Origin: Wolbachia endosymbiont of Drosophila innubila
GTDB lineage: Bacteria > Pseudomonadota > Alphaproteobacteria > Rickettsiales > Anaplasmataceae
Length of the DNA stretch: 32,000 bases
NCBI RefSeq assembly: GCF_021378375.1
Contig: NZ_CP076228.1
Coordinates: 1-32,000 of the forward strand
Direction of reading: 5' to 3'
Part shown: in pieces, positions 1 through 10,241 of the stretch
Numbering within the stretch: the stretch's first letter is position 1
Layout: each line of letters opens with the position of its first letter
The notes under the pieces: model-generated
Told to the model about the DNA's origin: nothing
The model's database searches: none
The model's input: only the letters and a program-made list of their open reading frames with translations
Position numbers and translations under genes: made by a program

Positions 1-1383
1 ATGAACTTAACTAGCCCTAAGGTTTCTACTATGTTTTTTGATCAGATTATTACAGTAACGGATCACAATGTTACTTGGGAAAAAATCCAAAATTGTCTTT
101 ATAATCTTTATGGAGAAGCAACATATAATAGCTGGCTGAGTTCACTAAAATTTGTCAGTAGCAGAAATGGGGAAGTTCTTTTATCCGTGTCAACAAGGTT
201 TATAAAAGAGTGGATTACAGTTCATTACATGAAAAAAATATTATCATTATGGCAAAGCGAAGATAAAAGTATACGTTCTATTGATATTCAAGTAATTGAG
301 GAGAGGAATTCAAATTTTAATGTTATACTAAAAAACAGAGAGGAAAGTAATCATAATCTTGGTTCGCCGCTGGATCCAAGGTTCACCTTTGATAATTTTG
401 TAGTGGGAAAGCCAAATGAATTAGCATTTACGGCGGCAAAGCGTGTGGCAGAATCTATAGATCCAATATTAGGCAGCAATCCTTTGTTTCTATATGGTGG
501 AGTGGGACTTGGTAAAACACATCTAATGCATGCTATAGCTTGGCACATAGTCAATTCCCCATCAGCAAAAAGAAAAGTGGTGTATTTATCAGCAGAGAAA
601 TTCATGTACCAATATATTACAGCGCTGCGAAGCAAAGATATTATGTTATTTAAAGAGCAATTTAGATCAGTAGATGTATTGATGGTAGATGATGTGCAAT
701 TTATCAGTGGTAAAGATAGTACACAAGAAGAATTTTTTCACACTTTCAATGCATTGATAGACCAAAATAAACAATTGGTTATATCAGCTGATAGGTCTCC
801 TAGTGATCTTGATGGAGTGGAAGAAAGAATAAAATCACGACTCGGTTGGGGGTTGGTGGCAGATATTAATGAAACAACTTTTGAATTAAGGCTTGGTATA
901 TTGCAGGCAAAAGTGGAGCAGATGAATATGTATGTTCCGAAAGATGTCCTAGAGTTTTTAGCAAGGAACATAAAATCTAATATAAGAGAATTAGAAGGAG
1001 CATTAAATAAGGTTACCCATACCTCATTAATTGGAAGAAGTATGACGGTAGAATCAGCTAGTGAAACCCTAATCGATCTTCTTAGGTCAAATCATAGGTC
1101 AGTCACAATAGAAGAAATACAAAAGAAAGTAGCTGAATTTTTCAATATAAAGGTTGCAGATATGCAATCCAATAGAAGGCTTCGCAGTCTTGCAAGGCCA
1201 AGACAAATAGCTATGTATTTTGCCAAAAAATTTACGCAAAAAAGCCTACCAGATATTGGGAGAAACTTTGGTGGCAGAGACCATGCTACTGTTATACATG
1301 CAGTAAAACAAGTAGAAAATTTTATAAAGACCGACTCAAAATTTGCTGATGAAATCAATCGATTAAAAAAAATGTTTAAGTAG
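1..1383 (+). CDS. dnaA: Chromosomal replication initiator protein DnaA
   Basis: 460 aa ORF with Walker [14 protein letters not shown], Walker [12 protein letters not shown], and C-terminal domain IV signature [11 protein letters not shown]. The ORF starts at window base 1. Confidence 0.97.
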   Translation: MNLTSPKVSTMFFDQIITVTDHNVTWEKIQNCLYNLYGEATYNSWLSSLKFVSSRNGEVLLSVSTRFIKEWITVHYMKKILSLWQSEDKSIRSIDIQVIEERNSNFNVILKNREESNHNLGSPLDPRFTFDNFVVGKPNELAFTAAKRVAESIDPILGSNPLFLYGGVGLGKTHLMHAIAWHIVNSPSAKRKVVYLSAEKFMYQYITALRSKDIMLFKEQFRSVDVLMVDDVQFISGKDSTQEEFFHTFNALIDQNKQLVISADRSPSDLDGVEERIKSRLGWGLVADINETTFELRLGILQAKVEQMNMYVPKDVLEFLARNIKSNIRELEGALNKVTHTSLIGRSMTVESASETLIDLLRSNHRSVTIEEIQKKVAEFFNIKVADMQSNRRLRSLARPRQIAMYFAKKFTQKSLPDIGRNFGGRDHATVIHAVKQVENFIKTDSKFADEINRLKKMFK

Positions 1384-1410
1384 CGTTTTTAAAATAGCTA
1401 ATAACAAATC

Positions 1411-2685
1411 CTAAAATGAATCGACTATAGTTTTAATCCGTTTAAGTTTAAAATCTTCTGTTAGCTTCGCAGAATACATTTCCTTATTGTGTTGATTATA
1501 GAAGGTAAATTCGTGATCATCTAAATTTAGTATTGCAAAGCCAAAGCCAAAAAAGTTTCTAACCTCGTGTGCTAAGTAGTTTTTACCATTTGAATAGTCA
1601 AATTCTACATTTTGATAAACAGATTCTTGATCTTGAGCGTGTAATGATGCACCACCGTTTCCAACTATAATTTGGTCTGGAACATTATCCATTAATAAAA
1701 TCTGGGCTATATGAATGTGGCCAGAAACTATGGTAGTAACATTGCTTGGAAATTTATCTCCAAAAGCTTCGATTTGTGTAAGATTACCATGGCTTTTTAA
1801 TGTCAAAAATTCTTTTTTTGGAGATCTCCAAAGCGGTTTATGAGTTAAAAACCACATGGGCTTGTCAGAACTATTTTGTATCAATTTATCAAATTGCCTC
1901 TCAAAAGCATCAATTGTGCTTTGGGTTGTAAAAATATCCTCACCGGATGAAGAGTCGAAGATAAAAAATTTCATCGGTCCAGCATCTAAGGACCAACTAG
2001 AAACGAAGTTTCCACATTTTTCAGACGAAAAGGGGTATGAATCTAGATACCTGAACCATCCTTCATAAGCTCTATCACAACTCTCATGGTTTCCACGAAC
2101 AAAAAGGAAAGGGGATTGTGATAAAATATCCTTTGCAGGCTCAAACCAATCAGCGTACCAAACTTCTTTATTATATCCATAAATATCGCCACACTTTTTT
2201 GTATTTCTACATTTTGTTTGTCTATAATGATAATCACCAACATGGATAATTAAATCTGGTTTATGAAGGGCGATTGAATCTAAATTTTTTTTTAAAGGCC
2301 AGCTATCTACCGAATTACATTCCTGCTGAAATAACATATTTATTCTACAGCCCGTGTCACCAATGAAAGCAATTTTATTAACCTTTTTTGGTAATATAGG
2401 AACCCGTAGATCCTCAATACTAATGTTTTTGGCACTTGTTTGTACTGTCAGTTCACAAACTGTTTCGTTATGACCACCATTGTTAATTAAGCTGCGATTC
2501 AGCATTTCTGTTTCCTTGCCATCAACATAAACAATGGGACACATGTCATTGTCCGTAATTGCGCGTATGCTTAGTTTATTTTCTGGGATAACTTGAGACC
2601 ATGTGTATAATATTTGTGCATGGACGAAATGAAAGCTAGTTATAAGAGAGAGAGCTAAAAAAATAAAGATATTAGCTATATTCAT
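1411..2685 (-). CDS. Exported calcineurin-like metallophosphoesterase (purple acid phosphatase-like)
   Basis: 424 aa ORF with an N-terminal hydrophobic signal-like segment (MNIANIFIFLALSLITSFHFVHA) and ordered metal-binding motifs: GDTG, HVGDYHYR, RGNHE, THKPLW, SGHIHIAQ. Confidence 0.85.
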   Translation of the reverse strand: MNIANIFIFLALSLITSFHFVHAQILYTWSQVIPENKLSIRAITDNDMCPIVYVDGKETEMLNRSLINNGGHNETVCELTVQTSAKNISIEDLRVPILPKKVNKIAFIGDTGCRINMLFQQECNSVDSWPLKKNLDSIALHKPDLIIHVGDYHYRQTKCRNTKKCGDIYGYNKEVWYADWFEPAKDILSQSPFLFVRGNHESCDRAYEGWFRYLDSYPFSSEKCGNFVSSWSLDAGPMKFFIFDSSSGEDIFTTQSTIDAFERQFDKLIQNSSDKPMWFLTHKPLWRSPKKEFLTLKSHGNLTQIEAFGDKFPSNVTTIVSGHIHIAQILLMDNVPDQIIVGNGGASLHAQDQESVYQNVEFDYSNGKNYLAHEVRNFFGFGFAILNLDDHEFTFYNQHNKEMYSAKLTEDFKLKRIKTIVDSF

Positions 2686-2875
2686 TTGTATAAAAACCTA
2701 AGTTAAAAATTAGTAGTAAGGTTATCTTAAATGATTAAAATTTATAATCACAAAATTCATAATCAAATTATACAAACAATTTCTAAATTATTCTAGTATC
2801 AGATTGACACTCTAGATGAAAAATTCTAAAATGATTAAGTAATTTAAAATAATTATATAAAAACTAGAATATAGT

Positions 2876-2963
2876 GCGGCCGTGGTGGAATTGGTAGACA
2901 CGCAGCGTTGAGGTCGCTGTGGCTCATAAGGCCTTGGAAGTTCAAGTCTTCTCGGCCGCACCA
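2876..2963 (+). tRNA. tRNA-Leu (anticodon GAG), 3' CCA encoded at 2961-2963
   Basis: Acceptor arms GCGGCCG (2876-2882) and CGGCCGC (2953-2959), D-arm GGTGGAATTGGTAGACAC, anticodon stem-loop CAGCG-TTGAGGT-CGCTG, long variable arm typical of Leu, T-loop TTCAAGT. Confidence 0.95.
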
Positions 2964-2992
2964 GTTTTTATCGCTGTTTAATATGGGTAAAA

Positions 2993-4075
2993 ATGTTTAT
3001 AGGAAATCAGAGTAGCAATAAGGTAGAAAGAGCTATCAGCGAAATCAGGCGCGGTCGGCCAATTGTAATATATGATGAAAGTAATTACCTATTGTTTGCT
3101 GCTGCTGAGGCTTTAGAAAGAGATTTATTTAATCAATACAAGCTTACATCAAGTAATGTATATGTTACTTTAACTTCAAGTAAGGTAAAATACATATCTC
3201 AGAATAAAGAACATAACAGCAAACGTCTGTTGGTGAATAATTTTGATGAACTGCTCTATTTAATAAACTGTTCAAAGGAAGATTGCATAAAAGAGTTGCA
3301 ATGCTCAAAGACAATAGATGAATGTGCTATTGCCTTGCTTAAGTTCTCAGAATTATTGCCATACGCGTTAGTGGCTGATATGACTTTTGAGAATAACCAT
3401 GAAATGCGAAATTGGTGCGAGAAAAATGACGTTATTGCACTGGACACGTCATTCATAAATAATTTTCAAGAAAATCAGGATGTATATGAAGTGTGCAAAA
3501 CATCATTATTTTTAAAACAGACTCAAGAAGTAAATATCATATCTTATAGAACCGAAAGTGGTGGAAGAGAACATCATGCAATTATCATTGGCAATCCAGA
3601 TAAAGATGACGAACCATTAGTGAGAATTCATTCTTCGTGCTATACGGGTGACTTGTTAGATAGCTTGTCATGCGATTGCAGAAGTCAGTTACATCAAGCA
3701 ATTCAAATGATAGCTGACTCTGGAAGTGGTATTATATTGTATTTGATGCAAGATGGAAGAGGCATTGGTTTAACTAATAAGTTAAGAGCGTACAGTATGC
3801 AAAGAGGACATAATCTTGATACTGTTGATGCAAATAGAATATTGGGTTTTGAAGATGATGAAAGGAGTTTTGCTGTTGCAGCTAAAATGCTTAAGAAATT
3901 GAACATTAACAAAATCCAATTACTTACAAACAATGATAGGAAATTGTCAGAATTGGAAAGTAGTGGTATAGGAGTTACAAAGTGTCTACCACTTATTGTG
4001 GAACGTAATAAATATAACGATTCATATATGGAGACAAAGTTTGGTAAATTAGGCCATAGATTAAGAGTTTTTTAG
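2993..4075 (+). CDS. ribA: GTP cyclohydrolase II (RibA) with degenerate DHBP-synthase-like N-terminal domain
   Basis: C-terminal half carries the zinc/active-site motif SSCYTGDLLDSLSCDCRSQL and DGRGIGLTNKLRAYSMQ. The N-terminal ~170 aa has a RibB-like start (ISEIRRGRPIVIYDE) but no obvious D-x-E-x-R-E-x-E-G-D motif. It lies immediately upstream of virB8. Confidence 0.9.
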   Translation: MFIGNQSSNKVERAISEIRRGRPIVIYDESNYLLFAAAEALERDLFNQYKLTSSNVYVTLTSSKVKYISQNKEHNSKRLLVNNFDELLYLINCSKEDCIKELQCSKTIDECAIALLKFSELLPYALVADMTFENNHEMRNWCEKNDVIALDTSFINNFQENQDVYEVCKTSLFLKQTQEVNIISYRTESGGREHHAIIIGNPDKDDEPLVRIHSSCYTGDLLDSLSCDCRSQLHQAIQMIADSGSGIILYLMQDGRGIGLTNKLRAYSMQRGHNLDTVDANRILGFEDDERSFAVAAKMLKKLNINKIQLLTNNDRKLSELESSGIGVTKCLPLIVERNKYNDSYMETKFGKLGHRLRVF

Positions 4076-4147
4076 CTTTTTTGCTGTAACTACTTTGTTA
4101 ATTTGCTATGTTTATTAACATAAGTTAAGATTTTTAGGAATACTAAA

Positions 4148-4828
4148 ATGCTAAGATTTTTTAAGCGAGAAAAAAATACTGAATCCTTAGATAAGGATAT
4201 AAATTGGAATTCAAACCGCTACAGCACAGTTATTGCTCAAAGGAATATTCTACTTTTATTTGCATTAATATTATTAGCAACGATCTCTATCAGCATATTA
4301 GTCATATTTAAAATTAGCACAAGTAGCACTATTGAGCCATTTGTTATAGAAATTGACAAGAAATCAGGAATAGTGCAATTGGTTGATCCTGTCACAGTAA
4401 AACAGTATTCTGCAGATGAAGCGCTAAACGATTATTTTATTTCAGAGTATATAAAAGCAAGGGAGGTTTTTGATCCATATCATTATAATTATAACTATTA
4501 TACAAAGGTGAGGTTGTTTTCCTCACCTGATGTGTATAATGAATTTAGAAATTATGTAGGATCGCAGAATATGGATGATCTTTTTAATTTATATTCAGAT
4601 ACCAAAAGTGAATTTAAAATTCGCTCAATTCAAAAGTTGGGTAACGATGCTCTTCAGGTGAGATTTTTTGTGGAATTTACACGGAAAGATAGAAGTTCTA
4701 CGAGAAAAAATAAGATAGTTATTATGTCATATAGATATGCATCGCTTGAAATGGATGATCAGCAAAGATATATTAACCCATTAGGATTTCAAGTTATTTC
4801 ATATAGAGTAGATGATGAATATGTATAG
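4148..4828 (+). CDS. virB8: Type IV secretion system protein VirB8
   Basis: 226 aa, short cytoplasmic N-terminus, one TM segment (ILLLFALILLATISISILVIF), VirB8-like periplasmic domain, first in virB8-9-10-11-D4 order. Confidence 0.93.
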   Translation: MLRFFKREKNTESLDKDINWNSNRYSTVIAQRNILLLFALILLATISISILVIFKISTSSTIEPFVIEIDKKSGIVQLVDPVTVKQYSADEALNDYFISEYIKAREVFDPYHYNYNYYTKVRLFSSPDVYNEFRNYVGSQNMDDLFNLYSDTKSEFKIRSIQKLGNDALQVRFFVEFTRKDRSSTRKNKIVIMSYRYASLEMDDQQRYINPLGFQVISYRVDDEYV

Positions 4829-5615
4829 GATATTATTAGTTTTAGCTTTACTTGTAAGTGGCAATTTAAACGCATCCATTAATTATAATGAGCCTATTTC
4901 TATAGATAGTAGAATAAAGACTTTTGTGTATAGCCCTAATGAAGTATTTACGGTGGTTTTTAGTCAGGGTTACTATTCTTATATTGAATTTGCGGAAGGA
5001 GAAAAAGTTAAAAATATCGCTGTTGGTGATGCATCAAGTTGGAAAATTAATCCTTATGACAATAAATTGCTTATCATGCCATTTGAAGTTAGTAGTCGCA
5101 CTAACATGATTATTACGACAACTAAAAAAAGAAATTACATTTTTGATTTAATCTCAAGGCCAAACTACGATAAATACCCGGATACTGATGCTAAGAAAGT
5201 AGATCACGATTATTCTGCTGAAAAGGATATATCTTACGTAGTACGTTTTTATTATCCTCAAGAAGAAGGTGAATTTGATGTTGATTTAGATGAGGTTTCT
5301 TTACCTACTCAAATGCAATATACTACAGACAAGCTAGAAAAAATAATACAAGAAAATGATACGAAGTACAATTATACATATATTGATGAAGGTGGTAATG
5401 CGGATATAGTTCCGATCGAGTTATTTGATGATGGTTATTTAACCTATTTAAAATTTAGAAATAATAATAAAATACCTCAGGTTTTTGTAGAAGGGGAGGA
5501 TAAACCTTGTAAAAGGCTGTTATTTGATGATTATGTTATAATAAAAGGAGTACATAAAAAGCTATTTATGCGTTATGAAGATGGTGAAGTTGAAATTATA
5601 AATAGGTCACTTTAG
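4812..5615 (+). CDS. virB9: Type IV secretion system protein VirB9
   Basis: 267 aa with signal peptide, VirB9 motifs (IDSRIKTFVYSPNEVFTV; C-terminal QVFVEGEDKPCKRLLFDDYVIIKGVHKKLFMRY). Overlaps the virB8 3' end by 17 nt. Confidence 0.94.
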   Translation: MMNMYRILLVLALLVSGNLNASINYNEPISIDSRIKTFVYSPNEVFTVVFSQGYYSYIEFAEGEKVKNIAVGDASSWKINPYDNKLLIMPFEVSSRTNMIITTTKKRNYIFDLISRPNYDKYPDTDAKKVDHDYSAEKDISYVVRFYYPQEEGEFDVDLDEVSLPTQMQYTTDKLEKIIQENDTKYNYTYIDEGGNADIVPIELFDDGYLTYLKFRNNNKIPQVFVEGEDKPCKRLLFDDYVIIKGVHKKLFMRYEDGEVEIINRSL

Positions 5616-5631
5616 CTGTGGTACATGCAAT

Positions 5632-7092
5632 ATGAATAAAGAAAGGCGTAACAATTCAGAAGATGAATCAGAAATAGAGAATAAGGTAGTAACAGTTGGC
5701 TCTAATCAAGGTCATAGGGCATTGATGGTCATTATTTTAGTGCTTCTGGCTGGTGGAGTGTATTATCTCTATTTTAGTCCTTCTCCTAAAGAGGGTTCAG
5801 AAGTTATTAAAAAAGAGGAAACAAAGCAAAACGTTCAAGAATTGAAAGGAAAGTTGGAACAAGTTCCAGATAATGTAATGGTTCCTGAAAGAATAATAAC
5901 TGATCCCTTACCACCCTTACCTCCTCTTCCTACACCACTAATCATACCAGAAATAAAACAAATTAGAAAAGAAGAAGTGATGAAAAAAGAAGAAGAGAAA
6001 CCAAAAGAAACTCCTGTGTCAAATATACCTATTTTGCCAAAGCAAAATTTTCCTTCTAGTAATGTTATGGGCAATTTACCTACCTCGTTTCCTACAATAG
6101 GGGGTGGCGGTTATCCTAGAGACAGACGTAGTGCACAGATGTTGACAATTTCAGGTGGTAGTGGAGAGAACAAGGCTGCTGATGCTATTTTATCCGACAC
6201 TTCAGCACAATCGAGCAAAGCTACCAGAGTAGGAAAGCTTGGTTTAATGATTACTCAAGGTAAAATTATTGATGCTGTTCTTGAAACTGCAATAAACTCT
6301 GATCTGCAAGGAATGCTGCGTGCTATGGTGAGTAGAGATGTTTATGCAGAAACTGGTGATACAGTTTTAATACCTAAAGGCTCAAGATTGATAGGCAGTT
6401 ATTCATTTGACTCGAATGTTGCTAAATCTCGTGTAAATATAAACTGGAATAGAGTGATTCTGCCACATGGAATAGATATTGCAATCTCATCACTTAGTAC
6501 TGACGAGCTTGGTAGAGCAGGAATAGCAGGAATAGTTGATAACAAAATAGTAAGTGCGTTATTCTCTTCGGTGACACTTGCTGGTGTTTCGATTGGTTCT
6601 GCTGTTATAGGGCAAAAGGCTTCTAATCTTGTTGATACGCTAACTGTCAGAGATGCAGTAAAGTCTATCACTGCAACCGAAATAGATTTTTCTTCTCTCC
6701 AACTCATTATTGACCCAGAAAAGAAGATATCTAGTGACAAATGGAAATTAGGCCTTGGGGCTATCGGAAGAATTCGGAGTGCCAAAAGCAGACAAGATTT
6801 ACTAAAAATAATGAAAGAGGAAATAGCAAAAGCACTAGGAATTGAAGAAGACGAGGTAAATATAAGCCTGGAAATTGTAAATCAACTGTTAGAACAAATT
6901 CAAAGAAAAAGCAAGTCTGTTTATGATGAAGCAATCGGGAAATCAATCGAGGATTTTTCTAAAGATATGCGGGATGTAGTGGGCAGATATACAGATAAAA
7001 AACCAACTATTTATGTTGATCAAGGCACTGCATTGAAAGTATTTGTTAACCAAGATATAGTATTTCCTCCACAGGCAATATTAAATCAATGA
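5632..7092 (+). CDS. virB10: Type IV secretion system protein VirB10
   Basis: 486 aa, TM segment near the N-terminus, proline-rich stretch (PLPPLPPLPTPLIIP), TrbI/VirB10 domain (DTVLIPKGSRLIGSY ... VNINWNRVILPHGIDIAISS), C-terminal KVFVNQDIVFPP. Confidence 0.96.
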   Translation: MNKERRNNSEDESEIENKVVTVGSNQGHRALMVIILVLLAGGVYYLYFSPSPKEGSEVIKKEETKQNVQELKGKLEQVPDNVMVPERIITDPLPPLPPLPTPLIIPEIKQIRKEEVMKKEEEKPKETPVSNIPILPKQNFPSSNVMGNLPTSFPTIGGGGYPRDRRSAQMLTISGGSGENKAADAILSDTSAQSSKATRVGKLGLMITQGKIIDAVLETAINSDLQGMLRAMVSRDVYAETGDTVLIPKGSRLIGSYSFDSNVAKSRVNINWNRVILPHGIDIAISSLSTDELGRAGIAGIVDNKIVSALFSSVTLAGVSIGSAVIGQKASNLVDTLTVRDAVKSITATEIDFSSLQLIIDPEKKISSDKWKLGLGAIGRIRSAKSRQDLLKIMKEEIAKALGIEEDEVNISLEIVNQLLEQIQRKSKSVYDEAIGKSIEDFSKDMRDVVGRYTDKKPTIYVDQGTALKVFVNQDIVFPPQAILNQ

Positions 7093-7093
7093 A

Positions 7094-8086
7094 ATGAACT
7101 ATGCTGCACTTGATACATATTTGGAGCCATTACAAGGCATATTTCAAGAAGAAGGCGTAAATGAAATATCAATAAATAAGCCAAAGGAAGTATGGATTGA
7201 AAATCGCGGTGAAATAAGGTGTGAAAAATTAGAAGTATTCGATCTTAACCATTTGAAATCTCTTGGCAGACTGATTGCTCAAGCTACAGAACAAAAACTT
7301 AGCGAAGAAGCGCCGTTACTTTCGGCAACATTACCAAATGGTTATCGTATACAGATAGTATTTCCGCCAGCATGTGAACCTGATAAAGTAGTCATGTCGA
7401 TTCGTAAGCCTTCTAGCATGCAGTTAGCACTCGATGATTACGAAAAAATGGGGGCTTTTTCTGAAACTGTTACAGAAGCAACTGATAATCCAGTTGACCG
7501 TCATTTGGATTTATTGTTAAGGCAAAAAAAAATAAAAGAGTTTTTAGAATACGCTGTAATAAGTAAGAAAAATATTATAATTAGTGGTGGAACTTCCACT
7601 GGTAAGACTACTTTTACTAATGCTACTTTGCGTGCTATTCCAGATGAGGAAAGAATTATTACTGTTGAGGATGCAAGGGAAATCGTTTTGAACGATCATC
7701 CCAATAAAGTCCATCTAATTGCCTCTAAAGGAGGGCAGGGCAGAGCAAAAGTAACCACTCAAGATTTGATAGAAGCGTGCTTACGTTTAAGGCCAGACAG
7801 AATAATAGTTGGTGAGCTCCGTGGAGCGGAAGCTTTTAGTTTTCTTAGGGCGATAAATACTGGTCACCCTGGATCAATATCAACCCTTCATGCGGATAGT
7901 CCAACAATGGCCCTTGAGCAAATAAAACTGATGGTTATGCAAGCAAACCTTGGCATTCCTCCAGACCAAATTATACCATACATTAGAAATGTGATTGATA
8001 TTGTTATTCAGCTAAAAAGAACCGGTGGGGGCAAAAGAAGCATTTCTGAGATATTATTTACTAGATCTGCGAGCGAAAATGCTTAA
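7094..8086 (+). CDS. virB11: Type IV secretion system ATPase VirB11
   Basis: 330 aa with Walker A IIISGGTSTGKTTFTNA, RPDRIIVGELRGAEAF and TGHPGSISTLHADSP motifs. Confidence 0.97.
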   Translation: MNYAALDTYLEPLQGIFQEEGVNEISINKPKEVWIENRGEIRCEKLEVFDLNHLKSLGRLIAQATEQKLSEEAPLLSATLPNGYRIQIVFPPACEPDKVVMSIRKPSSMQLALDDYEKMGAFSETVTEATDNPVDRHLDLLLRQKKIKEFLEYAVISKKNIIISGGTSTGKTTFTNATLRAIPDEERIITVEDAREIVLNDHPNKVHLIASKGGQGRAKVTTQDLIEACLRLRPDRIIVGELRGAEAFSFLRAINTGHPGSISTLHADSPTMALEQIKLMVMQANLGIPPDQIIPYIRNVIDIVIQLKRTGGGKRSISEILFTRSASENA

Positions 8087-8116
8087 ATTTATACATAAGT
8101 TAAGGAAGAGTAGTTT

Positions 8117-10120
8117 ATGAGTAATAGAAATCACCTACGTAATATTCTCATAGGAGGTGTAGTAGCTTTTAGCGTACTTGAGTTTTGCTTCTATCTATCT
8201 GGTATATTGTTTGTTCTGTTTGCTGATGGTCCGGATGCTGTGGATTTTAAGGCAATTAATCCTAGTTTGACGCCTTTCCCTCAAGCTCTTTGGCCAACGA
8301 TTTTTGATCATATACAATATTGTTGGCATCATCCAGAGTTATATAGCCTTGAGCTCAAAATCACATTAATTATATCTTCTGCACTGCCTATCATTGTTTT
8401 AATGATTATCTTATGGAATTTAAGAGAAAGGATAATTGAGTGGCGACCATTTAAAAAGAAGGAATCACTTCATGGAGATTCGCAGTGGGCATCAGAGAAA
8501 GACATACGAAAAGCAGGATTAAGAAGCAAAAAGGGATTATTGCTTGGTAAAGATAAAAGAGGATACTTCATTTCTGATAGGTTTCAGCATGCATTGTTAT
8601 TTGCACCTACAGGTTCTGGTAAGGGTGTTGGCTTTGTAATTCCTAATTTATTATTTTGGACTGACTCGGTAATTGTACACGACATAAAATTAGAAAACTA
8701 TGAAATAACAAGTGGTTGGCGAGAACGACAAGGACAAAAAGTATACGTATGGAATCCAGCGCAGCCAGATGGAATAAGTCACTGTTACAATCCATTACAA
8801 TGGATTAGTGAAAAACCTGGGCAGATGGTTGACGATGTGCAGAAAATAGCTAACCTAATCATGCCTGAACAAGACTTTTGGCAGAATGAAGCAAGAAGCT
8901 TATTTGTTGGAGTGGTATTATACTTACTTGCTGCACCAGAGAAAGTTAAATCTTTTGGTGAAGTTGTGCGTACGATGCGTAGTGATGACGTGGTTTATAA
9001 TCTTGCTGTTGCTCTTGATACAATGGGTAAAATACTACACCCTGTAGCATATATGAATATTGCAGCTTTTTTACAAAAAGCTGATAAAGAAAGGTCAGGT
9101 GTTGTATCAACCATGAACTCATCACTTGAATTGTGGGTAAACCCATTGATTGATACTGCAACTGCGTCAAGTGATTTTAATATTCTAGATTTTAAAAAGA
9201 AGAAAATTACAGTTTATGTTGGTTTAACTCCTGACAACTTGACTAGGCTCAGGCCTTTAATGCAGGTTTTTTACCAACAGGCAACTGAGTTTTTATGTAG
9301 AAAATTGCCATCGGATGACGAGCCTTATGGCGTATTGTTTTTAATGGATGAGTTTCCTACACTTGGAAAAATGGAGCAATTTCAAACAGGTATTGCATAT
9401 TTTCGTGGTTATCGAGTTAGGTTATTCTTAATTGTTCAAGATACTGAGCAGCTCAAAGGAATATACGAAGAAGCAGGGATGAACTCCTTTTTGTCAAACT
9501 CGACTTACAGAATAACTTTTGCAGCCAATAATATTGAAACAGCTAATTTAATATCGCAACTTATAGGAAACAAAACTGTACAACAAGAATCGTTGAATAA
9601 GCCTAAATTTTTAGATTTAAATCCTGCTTCAAGGTCATTACATATCTCTGAAATACAGAGAGCATTGCTATTGCCTCAAGAAGTTATTATGTTGCCACGT
9701 GACGATCAGATAATTTTAATAGAGTCGACTTACCCAATTAAATCAAAGAAAATTTTGTACTACAGTGATACCACCTTCACAAGAAGGCTGCTCAAACAAA
9801 CTCGTGTGCCTACACAAGAACCATATGACCCAAACAAAGTTCTTTCTGCCGCTGCGAGCAAAGATAAGGTTAATAACGAGGGGAATAATGTTCTTGAGGG
9901 ACCTAATTCAGTTGATTATCCTGCTGAAACTAAAACCGAAGATGCAGTATATGATGAATCAGATGAATTTGCAGACGAAGATATTGATGATGAAGATATC
10001 GACGATAAGTTTGAAGATGATGACGAGGAAGATGAGGATAGGAGCGATGATGGGTTTGATGACGAAGAAGAGGAGGATGAATTTGAAGATGAGGATAAAT
10101 TAAAAAATGACGAGAAGTAA
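8117..10120 (+). CDS. virD4: Type IV secretion coupling protein VirD4
   Basis: 667 aa with two N-terminal TM segments, Walker A LFAPTGSGKGVGFVIPNL, Walker B VLFLMDEFPTLG, SNSTYRITFAANN. Ends in a strongly acidic low-complexity tail. Confidence 0.97.
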   Translation: MSNRNHLRNILIGGVVAFSVLEFCFYLSGILFVLFADGPDAVDFKAINPSLTPFPQALWPTIFDHIQYCWHHPELYSLELKITLIISSALPIIVLMIILWNLRERIIEWRPFKKKESLHGDSQWASEKDIRKAGLRSKKGLLLGKDKRGYFISDRFQHALLFAPTGSGKGVGFVIPNLLFWTDSVIVHDIKLENYEITSGWRERQGQKVYVWNPAQPDGISHCYNPLQWISEKPGQMVDDVQKIANLIMPEQDFWQNEARSLFVGVVLYLLAAPEKVKSFGEVVRTMRSDDVVYNLAVALDTMGKILHPVAYMNIAAFLQKADKERSGVVSTMNSSLELWVNPLIDTATASSDFNILDFKKKKITVYVGLTPDNLTRLRPLMQVFYQQATEFLCRKLPSDDEPYGVLFLMDEFPTLGKMEQFQTGIAYFRGYRVRLFLIVQDTEQLKGIYEEAGMNSFLSNSTYRITFAANNIETANLISQLIGNKTVQQESLNKPKFLDLNPASRSLHISEIQRALLLPQEVIMLPRDDQIILIESTYPIKSKKILYYSDTTFTRRLLKQTRVPTQEPYDPNKVLSAAASKDKVNNEGNNVLEGPNSVDYPAETKTEDAVYDESDEFADEDIDDEDIDDKFEDDDEEDEDRSDDGFDDEEEEDEFEDEDKLKNDEK

Positions 10121-10241
10121 GGTTAACTTTGCCTATTTTTAGCTCAGAAAAGTGCAAGTTATGCAAATAATTAGGTTTTTCATATTAAGCCATTTTTAAT
10201 TAATTAGTATTAGATTAGCTATTTTAACTAGGGGAGTAGTA

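Noticed and set aside
1-1383. Replication origin next to dnaA
   Set aside because: The window begins at the dnaA start codon, so upstream sequence is absent. I saw no convincing DnaA-box cluster between dnaA and the next gene. In Wolbachia the origin is reported away from dnaA, and starting the record at dnaA is probably only a numbering convention.
9765-10103. + strand 112 aa ORF overlapping the virD4 3' end
   Set aside because: It is an alternate frame of the acidic GAT/GAA-rich tail (MMTRKMRIGAMMGLMTKKRRMNLKMRIN) with repetitive composition and no independent evidence of coding.
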